Of a stretch of DNA of 64,000 nt, positions 29,112-39,400 are shown one piece after another. Where the stretch lies: contig JACPZW010000078.1 of assembly GCA_016195265.1 (NCBI GenBank), forward strand, positions 78 to 64,077, written 5' to 3'. Origin of the DNA: Acidobacteriota bacterium. Lineage in GTDB: Bacteria > Acidobacteriota > Vicinamibacteria > Vicinamibacterales > CAVVIG01. The notes below the pieces were generated by a model. It searched no databases and was not told the origin of the DNA. It saw only the letters and a program-made list of their open reading frames with translations. The translations under genes and the position numbers were made by a program. The number at the start of each line of letters is the position of its first letter. Position 1 is the stretch's first letter.

Positions 29112-29119
29112 CCTCTCTC

Positions 29120-29875
29120 CTACGTGGCCGCGGCCTCGAAGTCCTCGGCCGGACCGAACGCATCGGCGATCGTGCTGCGGCGCGACGGGTTCGGCCGATC
29201 GGACACGATATAACCGTCCTTGAAACGGATGATGCGCGAGCCGTACTCCGCGACCTGCTGTTCGTGAGTGATAAGCACGATCGTGATGCCCCGCTCATCC
29301 TGCAGGCGCTGGAAGAGATCCATCACCTCGAGGCTCGTGCGGCTGTCGAGATTGCCGGTCGGCTCGTCGGCCAGCAGGATCGATGGATTGTTCAGCAGGG
29401 CTCTGGCGATCGCCACGCGCTGCTGCTGGCCGCCCGACAGCTGGTTCGGATGATGGGTCGCGCGATCGTGCAGACCAACTTCGGCGAGCGCCGCCAGCGC
29501 GCGCCGCCTGCGCTCGACGACGGGCACGCGATCCTTCGTCGAGTACAAGAGCGGCAGCTCGACGTTCTCGACCGCCGACGTGCGCGCCAGCAGGTTGAAT
29601 CCCTGAAAGACGAAGCCGATTTGCTTGTTCCTGACGGCCGACAGCTCGTCGTCCGACAGCCGCGAGACGTCGTCACCGCTGAGCAGGTACTGGCCGCTGG
29701 TCGGACTGTCCAGGCACCCGAGAATGTGCATGAGCGTCGATTTTCCGGACCCCGACGGCCCGACGACCGACACGAACTCGCCGGCCAGTACGTCGAGCGT
29801 GATGCCGCGCAGCGCGTGAATCGCGACGTCGCCGACGCTGTAGGTCTTGGTCAGGTCCCGAATGCTGATCAGCAC
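29120..29875 (-). CDS. ABC transporter ATP-binding protein (LolD/MacB type)
   Basis: [29 protein letters not shown]. Confidence 0.95.
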   Translation of the reverse strand: MLISIRDLTKTYSVGDVAIHALRGITLDVLAGEFVSVVGPSGSGKSTLMHILGCLDSPTSGQYLLSGDDVSRLSDDELSAVRNKQIGFVFQGFNLLARTSAVENVELPLLYSTKDRVPVVERRRRALAALAEVGLHDRATHHPNQLSGGQQQRVAIARALLNNPSILLADEPTGNLDSRTSLEVMDLFQRLQDERGITIVLITHEQQVAEYGSRIIRFKDGYIVSDRPNPSRRSTIADAFGPAEDFEAAAT

Positions 29876-29881
29876 GGCATC

Positions 29882-31546
29882 TCAGTTCGTGGTCTTCGCT
29901 TTCGGCGCGCCGTTCTTCCCGGCGAAGTTGTAGACCATGGTCGCAATCGATTTCTCGGCGCCGGCCATTCCGTAGACTTTGCCGGCGCCCTCGATCACGA
30001 AGTACTCGTTCGCCGCGTGCGCGTTGCCGCCGTGGCCGGCGGCGCCGCCCGCGATGGGCATCGACACCGGCGCGACGCGCTGCCCGACTTCGCCGTTGCC
30101 AAAGAGATACGAAGGCCAATAGCCGCCGCTCAGAATCGATTCGTGCGGCGACGGCTGCGAGTACGGGATGTGGAATATGTCGTACGTCTGTTCGATCGAG
30201 CGCGCGATGTCGGAATCGTACGACATCTTCGACCAGGGTACGTCGCCGATCACCTTCATCTCGACATCTTTATAGCCGTTGCGGTCGAGCTGCTCGCGGA
30301 TGCGCTTGACCATCTCCAGCCCGTTCATCTTGGGCACGTAGCGCATGTTGTGCTTCGATGTGATCTTGTTGGGCAGGATCGCGCCGGCGCCGCCGGCGTA
30401 CATGTTGCCCGACCAGATGCCGTCCAGGTTGAATGACACGCCCGCGCGGGCCATCTTGAGCATCGTAAATGGATCGTCGGAGATGTAGCGCGCAACGCCC
30501 AGGTTCTCCGCCGCGACCTTCATGTTGACGCGCTCCGCGCCGCGCTTGAGGATGCCGATCTCTTCCGGATTGAGGGGCTGCATTCCGTCAGTGAAGCCTT
30601 TGACCAGCGGCGTGTTGCCGTCCGCCGACACCAGCGACGCGAGCATCTTGATGTGGCGCCACGCCGGGCTGTCCACCGCGCGCTTGTTCGCGCCGTGAAT
30701 GTCCGATTGCAGCGGCCCGCGGCCCCACGCTTTGCCGCTTGTTGTCAGCTCGATGTACACGCAGCCTTCCGACGCACCCGAGATCCCGCCGTTTCCGCTC
30801 AGGGCCTGGCCTCCGCCATGGAACATCGCGTCGGCGCCCGCGAACAGATCCGGATGGTCCTTGACGAACTTGCGCAGCCCGATGTCCATCCGCTCCTCGT
30901 CGCCTTCCGCGACGAAGATCAGGTTCACCGGCAGTTTGCCCGTGACCGCTTTGATGGCCATCAGCGCGTTCAGCTGCGCCATCTCCGGGCCTTTCGAGTT
31001 CGTCGCGCCCCGCCCGATCAGCACCTTCTTGAACGGCGCCTGCTCCACCAGCCGCGCCTCGAACGGCGGCGATGACCACGCATCAGGCTGCGTCACCGGC
31101 ATCGTGTCGTATTGCCAGTAGATGACCAGCGTCTTCGGCGCGCCCTCGTCGCACTTCGCGTAGACCACCGGATTGCCGGGCGCGCCCCATTCCGTGATGC
31201 CGACGTCGTACACCTTCGCCTGCTGGCAGCCCAACTGCTCGAAGAAGCCCTTCACCATCTCGGCCGACTCGGGAATCCCCTCGCCGCTGTTCGAGATGCT
31301 CGGCTGCCGGATCCACTTCTGCAGGTTGACGACGTGATCGTCGATGTGATCGTCGATGTAGCCGTACACCTTCTTCAGATCGTCCGACGCGACCTGGCTC
31401 AGGTCGGGCTGAATCTCGGTGTCGCCGTTCGCGCGAATCCCAAGTTTCGGCGCGGCCTTGACCGCCGCCGCTGTCGCGGTGGTCTGATTCGAACATGCCG
31501 CCAGCGCGGCACAGGACCCGAGGAGCGCAATCAATCGCAAGCGCAT
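29882..31546 (-). CDS. M20-family peptidase/dipeptidase-like lipoprotein
   Basis: lipobox LAAC; GRGATNSKGP, EGDEE, AHAANEY. Confidence 0.85.
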   Translation of the reverse strand: MRLRLIALLGSCAALAACSNQTTATAAAVKAAPKLGIRANGDTEIQPDLSQVASDDLKKVYGYIDDHIDDHVVNLQKWIRQPSISNSGEGIPESAEMVKGFFEQLGCQQAKVYDVGITEWGAPGNPVVYAKCDEGAPKTLVIYWQYDTMPVTQPDAWSSPPFEARLVEQAPFKKVLIGRGATNSKGPEMAQLNALMAIKAVTGKLPVNLIFVAEGDEERMDIGLRKFVKDHPDLFAGADAMFHGGGQALSGNGGISGASEGCVYIELTTSGKAWGRGPLQSDIHGANKRAVDSPAWRHIKMLASLVSADGNTPLVKGFTDGMQPLNPEEIGILKRGAERVNMKVAAENLGVARYISDDPFTMLKMARAGVSFNLDGIWSGNMYAGGAGAILPNKITSKHNMRYVPKMNGLEMVKRIREQLDRNGYKDVEMKVIGDVPWSKMSYDSDIARSIEQTYDIFHIPYSQPSPHESILSGGYWPSYLFGNGEVGQRVAPVSMPIAGGAAGHGGNAHAANEYFVIEGAGKVYGMAGAEKSIATMVYNFAGKNGAPKAKTTN

Positions 31547-31555
31547 GGCGTTCTC

Positions 31556-33220
31556 CTAATGCGTCGTCTTCACGGGACTCTTGCTGTTCGCGAAGTTGTA
31601 GACGATCGTCGCGATCGACTTCTCGGCGCCGGCCATCCCGTAGACTTTGCCCGCGCCCTCGATGACGTAGTACTCGTTGGCCGCGTGCGCGTTCCCGCCG
31701 TGACCGGCGGCGCCGGCCGCGATCGGCATCGACACCGGCGCGACTTTCTGCCCGACGTCACTGTTCGAGAAGAGATACGCGGGCCAGTATCCGCCGAGTA
31801 TCGTTTCGTTGCCCGGCAGCGCCCCGTGCGGGATGCCGAACTGCTCGTACATCTCGATGACGGCGTGCGCGATGTCGGTGTCGTACGTCATCTTCGACCA
31901 GGGCACGTCGCCGATGACTTTCATCTCAACGTCCTTGTAGCCGTTGCGGTCGAGCTGCTCGCGAACGCGCTTGACCATGTCGAGTCCGTGCATCTTCGGT
32001 ACATAGCGCATGTTGTGCTTCGACGTGATCTTGTTGGGCAGGATCGCGCCGGCGCCGCCGGCGTACATGTTGCCCGACCAGATGCCGTCCAGGTTGAACG
32101 AGATGCCGTAGCGCGACATCTTCAGCATCGTGAATGGATCGTCGGAAATAAAGCGCGCGACGCCAAGGTTCGTCGAGGCCACCTTCAAATCCACTTTCTC
32201 CGCCGCCGTCTTCATCCGCGCCGTGTCCGCGGCGTCCATCGGCACCATCCCATCGGTAAAGCCCTTGATGAGCGGCGTGTTGCCGTCTGCCGACACCAGC
32301 GACGCGAGCATCTTGATGTGGCGCCACGCCGGGCTGTCCACCGCGCGCTTGTTCGCGCCGTGAATGTCCGACTGCAGCGGCCCGCGGCCCCACGCTTTGC
32401 CGCTCGTCGTCAATTCGATGTAGACACAACCTTCCGAGCCGCCGGCGACGTCGCCGGCGCCGCTCGGCGCCTGTCCGCCGAAGTTGAGCAACGCATCGGC
32501 GCCCGCGAACAGATCCGGATGGTCCTTGACGAACTTGCGCAGCCCGATGTCCATCCGCTCCTCGTCGCCTTCCGCCACAAAGATGATGTTCACCGGCAGC
32601 TTGCCCGTCACTGCCTTGATGGCCATCAGGGCGTTCAGCTGCGCCATCTCCGGGCCTTTCGAGTTCGTCGCGCCCCGTCCGATCAGCACCTTCTTGAACG
32701 GCGCCTGCTCCACCAGCCGCGCCTCGAACGGCGGCGACGACCACGCGTCCGGCTGCGTCACCGGCATCGTGTCGTACATCCAATAGAAGACGAGCGTGCG
32801 AGGTGCGCCTTCATCACATTTCGCGTACACCACCGGGTTGCCCGGCGCGCCCCATTCCGTGATGCCGACGTCGTACACCCGCGTTTGCTGGCAGCCGAGT
32901 TGTTCGAAGAAGCCCTTCACCATCTCGGCGGACTCGGGAATCCCTTCGCCGCTGTTCGAGATGCTCGGCTGCCGGATCCATTTCTGCAGGTTCACCACAT
33001 GCTCGTCGATGTGGTCGTCGATGTAGCCGTACACCTTTTTCAGATCGTCAGGAGCCTTGGCGAGATCCGGCGTGATCTCGGTGTCCCCGTTCGCGCGGAT
33101 GCCGAGCTTGATCTTCGCAACTGCGGGTTTGGCTTGGGCAGAGACGCTCGTGGTCGCGCCGCGCGAGCACGCCAGACCAAAGGCGGCAGCAACGCTTAGA
33201 ACGATCAGGGCAGGTCGCAT
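31556..33220 (-). CDS. M20-family peptidase/dipeptidase-like lipoprotein (tandem paralogue)
   Basis: lipobox GLAC; same motifs; long stretches identical to 29882-31546. Confidence 0.85.
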   Translation of the reverse strand: MRPALIVLSVAAAFGLACSRGATTSVSAQAKPAVAKIKLGIRANGDTEITPDLAKAPDDLKKVYGYIDDHIDEHVVNLQKWIRQPSISNSGEGIPESAEMVKGFFEQLGCQQTRVYDVGITEWGAPGNPVVYAKCDEGAPRTLVFYWMYDTMPVTQPDAWSSPPFEARLVEQAPFKKVLIGRGATNSKGPEMAQLNALMAIKAVTGKLPVNIIFVAEGDEERMDIGLRKFVKDHPDLFAGADALLNFGGQAPSGAGDVAGGSEGCVYIELTTSGKAWGRGPLQSDIHGANKRAVDSPAWRHIKMLASLVSADGNTPLIKGFTDGMVPMDAADTARMKTAAEKVDLKVASTNLGVARFISDDPFTMLKMSRYGISFNLDGIWSGNMYAGGAGAILPNKITSKHNMRYVPKMHGLDMVKRVREQLDRNGYKDVEMKVIGDVPWSKMTYDTDIAHAVIEMYEQFGIPHGALPGNETILGGYWPAYLFSNSDVGQKVAPVSMPIAAGAAGHGGNAHAANEYYVIEGAGKVYGMAGAEKSIATIVYNFANSKSPVKTTH

Positions 33221-33241
33221 GACTTTCCTCCGGCGGTCACA

Positions 33242-33727
33242 TCAGCGCGCCGGCGCCGGCATGGCCGAAAACGGCACATCGATCCAGTATGGTTTGCCGC
33301 GTATCGTATACGAAACGCGCGCCATGGCGTTTGGATCCGTGACAGGCAGACCGGCGGCGACCCAACTCTCGCCCGTATCATCGATCTGGAGCTCCACGGA
33401 TCGGGGCTGTCCGCCCGTTGGCGTGACGGCAATCGACACGGTCGACACGAACGACGCCGGCAACTCGGCGCGCGTCGCGTCGCTGAAATACACTTGATGC
33501 CGGCCATCGCGGCGGAGAATCACCTCGAAGTGCAAATCGCCGTTCATGAGGACCACGCCGCCGTAGTGCGGGTTGTGATCGCCGTGCGGCTGCGTTCCGG
33601 CGCTCGCAGCGTCGACGGCCGGCGCCGCAGTGGCGACGGGCCTCGACTCGGCGCGCGGACTGCCGCAGGCCCAGTGCAGGCTTGCACCTGCCACCAGCAA
33701 TGCCACGCGCCGAAGCTGCCGCATCAC
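33242..33727 (-). CDS. hypothetical lipoprotein with His-rich putative metal-binding motif
   Basis: WAC lipobox-like; HGDHNPHYGG...LHFE. Confidence 0.6.
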   Translation of the reverse strand: MMRQLRRVALLVAGASLHWACGSPRAESRPVATAAPAVDAASAGTQPHGDHNPHYGGVVLMNGDLHFEVILRRDGRHQVYFSDATRAELPASFVSTVSIAVTPTGGQPRSVELQIDDTGESWVAAGLPVTDPNAMARVSYTIRGKPYWIDVPFSAMPAPAR

Positions 33728-34056
33728 CAGTCGAACTTCACGCCGACCCGCGCGATGCGCGGCGGCACAATCGTCGACGGCGTGAGGAACGTCGACCCTG
33801 AACTCCAGTTGATGTTGGTCGCGGCATTCGTGTTGAACAGGTTGTAGCCATCGGCGAACGCCGACACCGTCCGCGCCGCCGCGAGGTGAAGGACCTTCTC
33901 GACCCGCACGATGATCGTGATGTTGTCCTGACGCTGGCTGTCGATCGTGGTCGACACGTCCTGCAACGCACGGAGGGAATTCCCTCGGAGCACGCCGTCG
34001 GGGCCGGGATCCAGAAGCGTCACGGGCACATTGTAGCGGGTATAGGTGTCGTTCAA
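33724..34056 (-). pseudogene. TonB-dependent receptor remnant
   Basis: YNVPVTLLDPGPDG fused to barrel C-terminus ADGYNLFNTNA...PPRIARVGVKFDW; only 110 codons. Confidence 0.75.
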
Positions 34057-34152
34057 TCCGGCGGGATCGAGAATCGCGCTAGCGGATTCATCAGGATTGT
34101 CAGAGCGTGCCAGTGAGCCGACGGAAATGTCGCGACGAACCGCCGCGAACGG

Positions 34153-35427
34153 TCAGGGCACGAACGCGCGCCAGGAAGTTGTCGCGGTTTCCTCGAAATC
34201 CCGCCAGCCGAAGGCCGGCTCTCGGGCGCTCGCGGCGCGCCGGAAACCGGGCCAGTCCGGTGCGTACGTGTAGGTCACGGTGTAGCTGCGGAACTCATTG
34301 AGGAACTTCAGCAGTCCGTCGGGCTGCGGGATGAGCGACCGCTCGCGCAGCGCGGTTCCGGCGCGCACGAATTCGAGATTGCCGTCGAGATAGCGGCGGG
34401 CGACGTCTGCGGTTGCCAGGCGAAGCTGGTCGATGAGTCGTGCGATTTCGACCGCGCGCGCTGCGTCCCGCGCGTCGATGCCGGCCGCGGGATACAGCAC
34501 GTCCCGCTCGAAGGCGGCGCGATCATCGCCGGGGAACGCGCGGTCGATCGCGTGCACCGCGAGTCCTTCCGCCACAAACATCTGGGCGCTGAAGAGCGGC
34601 TGCACGGTGAATTCCGTCCAGTCTCGAGGCGCCACCAGAACGTTTTCGATCAGGCTGTTCTGCACGTGATGGCCCGGGTAGCCCTCGTGGCACGCCAGCG
34701 CCAGCGCGGCGTCGACCGTGAGCCCGAAGTCGAGGTTGACCTGCACCGTGCTGCGATAGCCGCCGTGATAGCGGCTGTAGCCGTTCCACGGACTATCGCT
34801 GGTGTACTCGACGTCGACGCGCTCTCCGACCGGCAACGAGAGATGTTGCAGGGTCCGATCGCGACAGGCCGCGAGCGCGCGCTCGAAGACGGCGCGCGTT
34901 TTGTCCTGTGCGACAAGGTGACGACGCTCGAACGCCGCGTAACGATCGACCAAAGCGCCGGAGCCGGGCAGGAGTCGCGCCAGCGCGGCCTGCGTGGCCG
35001 CCACGCGCAGCGCATCAGGCGGCGGCACGGAGACGCCGAACAGCGCGCGGCTTTCCTCATCGAACGGGAGCCGGCGTCCGCGCAGCAGCTCCGCGCGGGC
35101 CGCCACCGATTGCAGCTGGCGAACCAGATGGCGCCAGCGTGCGGCGTCGGGCGATTCCCGGATCAGTCGAGCGAGACGATCCGCAGATGTCAGCGCTCGC
35201 GCCTGGATGACGGCGAGGGTCGGGGGCGCGGCCTCCTCGTCGGCCGTCCACTCGCGGGGCGCGTACGCGTAATCGAGGGAATCAGGATCGCGCGCGCCGA
35301 GCGCCACGACCAGGCTCACGTACTCCCGCACTTCACGATCGGGCCCCGCGTCAACGGCGGAAGGCGCTGCGCGGCAGCCGCCGACCAGCACGCAGGCGCC
35401 GATCATGCCTATTAGACGCCGGCTCAC
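34153..35427 (-). CDS. DUF885-like zinc metallopeptidase lipoprotein
   Basis: ACHEGYPGHH, VAEGLA; lipobox VGGC. Confidence 0.7.
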   Translation of the reverse strand: MSRRLIGMIGACVLVGGCRAAPSAVDAGPDREVREYVSLVVALGARDPDSLDYAYAPREWTADEEAAPPTLAVIQARALTSADRLARLIRESPDAARWRHLVRQLQSVAARAELLRGRRLPFDEESRALFGVSVPPPDALRVAATQAALARLLPGSGALVDRYAAFERRHLVAQDKTRAVFERALAACRDRTLQHLSLPVGERVDVEYTSDSPWNGYSRYHGGYRSTVQVNLDFGLTVDAALALACHEGYPGHHVQNSLIENVLVAPRDWTEFTVQPLFSAQMFVAEGLAVHAIDRAFPGDDRAAFERDVLYPAAGIDARDAARAVEIARLIDQLRLATADVARRYLDGNLEFVRAGTALRERSLIPQPDGLLKFLNEFRSYTVTYTYAPDWPGFRRAASAREPAFGWRDFEETATTSWRAFVP

Positions 35428-35436
35428 AATGAGGTT

Positions 35437-36444
35437 CTAGTTAGACCCGTTCTTCGCGTCGCGAACCAGCTCCACATTTTTTTCGTACGTGCGCTCAGCC
35501 GGATCGACGATCTGCGGCGGATAGGCGTGCTTCGCATACACGGGATACGCTTCGGTTCGCAGATGCGACAGCATGTGATGTCCGATGCGCGACGCGCGTT
35601 CATGCCGGAGCGCCGATACATCGACGGGGCCGACGACGATCCGCTCGCCGGGCCCTGGTGACGCTTCCGCGATCATCCTGCCGTCGAAATCGACGATCTG
35701 CGATCCACCCGGCCACGAATACGGCGGATAGAGCCGCAGGCTCGCGCCCTGATTGGCCGCGACCACGTACGCGAGATTCTCGATCGCGCGCGCGCGATTG
35801 ATGGTGGTCCACCAGCTCATGGGTTCGGTGGCGCCCCACGGATCCATGTACGCCGAGACGCGGATCAACACTTCGGCGCCGTTCGCCGCGAGTTGCCGGA
35901 TCGCTTCTGGAAACAGCCAGTCGTAACAGATCGCGCACCCGATTCGCCCAATCGGCGTGTCGGCGACGGGGAACAGCGGCTCGTCGTACCCCGGCAGATC
36001 GTGCGGGCTGCTGTGCACTTCATACGGAATCCACGGGTTGACCTTCCGGTACTTATACAGAATCCCCGACGGTCCGATCAGACATGTCGTGTTGAAGACG
36101 ACGCCCGGCCACTTCGCGTCCTCTTCGAGCAACGTACCACTCTGAATGTAGACGTCGTGCTCGCGCGCCTTCCCGGCCAGCCGCTCGGTGTGCTCGTTCG
36201 GAATCGGCACGGTCAGCTTCTCGAGCAGTTCGCGCACCGTGGGGAACACGGGCGCCGCGTGCGCGAACTCCGGAAACACGACGAGGCGCACGGGCAGAAA
36301 CGGCGCGGCGCCGGCGACGGCCGCATCCACCATGGTCAGCATGCGATCGGTGTTGGACCGCATCTGCTTCCTGTCGATGGGGTTCGGCGCATCGGTCTGG
36401 CAGACCGCGGCGGAGTAACGAATGAGGTGGGGCTCAGGATTCAA
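35437..36444 (-). CDS. carbon-nitrogen hydrolase (nitrilase superfamily)
   Basis: E-K-C triad motifs VFPEF, YRK, ICYD. Confidence 0.9.
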   Translation of the reverse strand: MNPEPHLIRYSAAVCQTDAPNPIDRKQMRSNTDRMLTMVDAAVAGAAPFLPVRLVVFPEFAHAAPVFPTVRELLEKLTVPIPNEHTERLAGKAREHDVYIQSGTLLEEDAKWPGVVFNTTCLIGPSGILYKYRKVNPWIPYEVHSSPHDLPGYDEPLFPVADTPIGRIGCAICYDWLFPEAIRQLAANGAEVLIRVSAYMDPWGATEPMSWWTTINRARAIENLAYVVAANQGASLRLYPPYSWPGGSQIVDFDGRMIAEASPGPGERIVVGPVDVSALRHERASRIGHHMLSHLRTEAYPVYAKHAYPPQIVDPAERTYEKNVELVRDAKNGSN

Positions 36445-39400
36445 GGTTCGGTGCAGGGTTCAGGGTTCTTGACGACGACGCGCGTGTTGTAGCGCGCTCG
36501 ATACTGCTCGTGCGCCGGCGTGGTCGGATAGTGTTCCGGCGCCGCGTAGGGGTACTTCGTCATGCGGTGGAACGGCAGCGGCTCGACACGATCCGGACTG
36601 GCGGAATTGATGTCCATCTCCTTGCTGAAACCGTCGGCCATCAGGAGAAACGTCCGCGTCCATCCCGGCGGCAGAACGCCGACACCGGTCGCGTCGAAGC
36701 TCAGCGCAATTTCATCGCCCGGCTTCGAAATCACGAACATGTCGTCGGAGCGGACCAGAAGCGGACGCACGTCACCCTCCCGCGTGAAGCGGCCGGTCAT
36801 CGTCTTCCACGGCGACCTCGCCGTCACGCGGCTGTAGTCGTACGTCTCAGGCTCCCGGCCGTCCGGGCGCAGATCGATCGAGAAGCCACGCGTATGCAGA
36901 TGCGCGGTCAGCGGGTCGAGACGCGTGGCGCGCCCGCCGACCCCCGGCGCCACGGACGCGACAAGAATCTGATCCCAGTAGATCCGCATGTTCGTCACGA
37001 TGCGTACTTCGTGTTCGCCGGGCCGCAACACCGGCGCAAGATCAACGACCATGGTCTGCGGCCGGCCGACTGGAATCCCGATGTCCGCGATGGCCTCGCG
37101 CCACTGGCCGTTCACGCCTTTCACAGACAGCGACGGCGGCGTCATCACCAGTCCCGCCTGATGCGCCGCGACGTTGTCGCTCGAGAACGCGTAGTCGGTC
37201 CACGCGGTCAGCAACAGCAAAGGGGACTGACCCGTCCCCGTGTCAATCGTGAGCTCGTGGCGGCCGGCGTAACCGCGAATATTCTTCAGCTCGAAGTCGT
37301 CCGGATACTGCCGGTCGACGCGCGCCAGCCGCGCGGTGACGTCGTGGCCATGCTCGTCGGTCGCGCGCGCCACCGGCCGCTCGTCTTTCACGGTGTAGAG
37401 CCGGACGGGCTTCGGCGGATCCGTCATCCCTTCGTTTGGAAACACCTCAACGCCGGCCGGATGAGCGACGGCGATCAACTGCAGCCGATCGACGAACAGC
37501 GTTTCCTCGAGCTCGTTGGTGACGCGGATTTCGTAGCGGCCGTTCCGCGGTTTCAGCTGGTCGCCGCGAATGCGGACGTACTCGACTGGATCCGGCGCAT
37601 CGTACGTCCCCGGCCCTTCCCAATCCCCCATCTCACCGCCGCCCATGAAATCGGTGACGAATTCGAATCGCTCGCCATTCCATGTGTAAAGAAACGGGCA
37701 CGATGAGGGCTTGCGATCGAGTTCCTCGACGGTCAGCGCGGACGGCAGCGGCGTGGGCGTCGTGGCGGGCGGCGCCGCGGCATCCGCGGATCCGGCGTAC
37801 TCCGCCTGAAGAATGCCGGAGGGCCACAGCACACGTACCACGTCGGCGCCGGGGCGCCGGCCGAGGCCGAAGACGAGATCCGCAGGCGCGACGACCGGCG
37901 TGGTCGCAGACGTCGCGAGGCGTTGCGTGAGGCTGCCGGAGCGGGTTTGGACCTTCGTGCCGGCCGCCGACCGATTGCTGACGCGATCCGCGCCGGCCGC
38001 GACGACGTCGCTGTGGCCGTTACCCTCGAGATCGCCGATCGCCAGCGCGCGTGCCGACGCAAGGCCGGCGCCGGCGGTTGCGCTGCGCGAAGGCAGCGCC
38101 GACGACGTCACGTCGCTCCAGCGCTGGCCGAGATTGCGAAACACGCGCAGGCCGTCCGGCGTCCAGGCGCCGAGGTCCAGCAGGCCGTCGTTGTCGTAGT
38201 CGAAGAAGAGCGCAGCCGCGGTGCCGCGCGTGCCATCGGCGGCGGCGGCGATTGTGTACCGTCCCCGGCCGTCGCTCATCGCGATCACGCCGGCCGCATT
38301 CGACCGCGCGAAGAAGAAGTCCGGATAGTCGTCCTTGTTCAGATCCGCGGCGGCGACGCTGGTGATGTCGCCGTCACCCGGCAGGACTCCTGTCAGGCCG
38401 ACGTCGGACGCGACGTCTCGAAACGTGCCGTCGCGCCGGTTCTTGAACAGGAGCGGCGCGCGATCGCGGTTCACGATGAGCAGATCGACGTCGCGGTGAT
38501 TGTCGAAGTCCGTCGGGACGATGGCGACCGCGTGCGCCTGGACGGCGAGGCCGGCCTCGCGCGTCGTGTCGGTGAACGTCCCGTCGCCGTTGTTGCGCAG
38601 CAGCCGGAGCGGCGCCGGCGCGAAATCGCGCGGGAAGGCCACCGACTGCCCCGCCGCAGCGTGCGTGGCGGCGACGTCGGCGAGCCCGGCGATGACGAGA
38701 TCGAGATCGCCGTCATGGTCGACGTCCACGAGCGCGGCCGCGCCGGGCAGCGCGGCGTACGCCGGCAGGCCGCTCCGCGCGGTGATGTCGGTGAAGCGGC
38801 CGTTGCCGTCGTTGTGGTACAGGCTGCTCGCGCCGTAGCGGAGCACAAACAGATCGGGCTTGCCATCGTTGTCGATGTCGCCGGCGACGCATCCGATCGC
38901 CACGGCGCCCGGCGGCACGACGCCGAGGCCGGATCCAGCGGTGATGTCGGTGAACACGCCACCGTCATTTCTGAACAGCCGCTCCCCGGCCGGCGCGGCG
39001 ACGAAAAGATCCAGATCGCCGTCACCATCGACGTCGAACAACGTCAGGCCGCCGCCAAGGGCCAACGCGATCCGTCGCGCGCCCTCGGCGGTGAGATCGG
39101 TCGCCGTAAACGACCGGCCGAACGGCGACGCAGGCGGCGGACTCGCGGCGCCGGCTCGCGACACCAACGGCGACGCCGTGAAAGTCGCCGGCGGCGTCGC
39201 GGGATCGACGAGATCCGCTTCGGCGCCCGTCGAGGCCGCGGCTTCGGCATAGCGCCCCTGCTCGAGGTAGCTGTTGGACAGCGTCGTACCGTACCCGGTC
39301 GTCCGGAGCGTCTGCGACCGCTCCATCATCTGCTGGCCTTCATCGCGCTGCCCCGCGCGCGCGAGCGCCAGACCGAGGTTGTACGCCGCAGTGACGCTGA

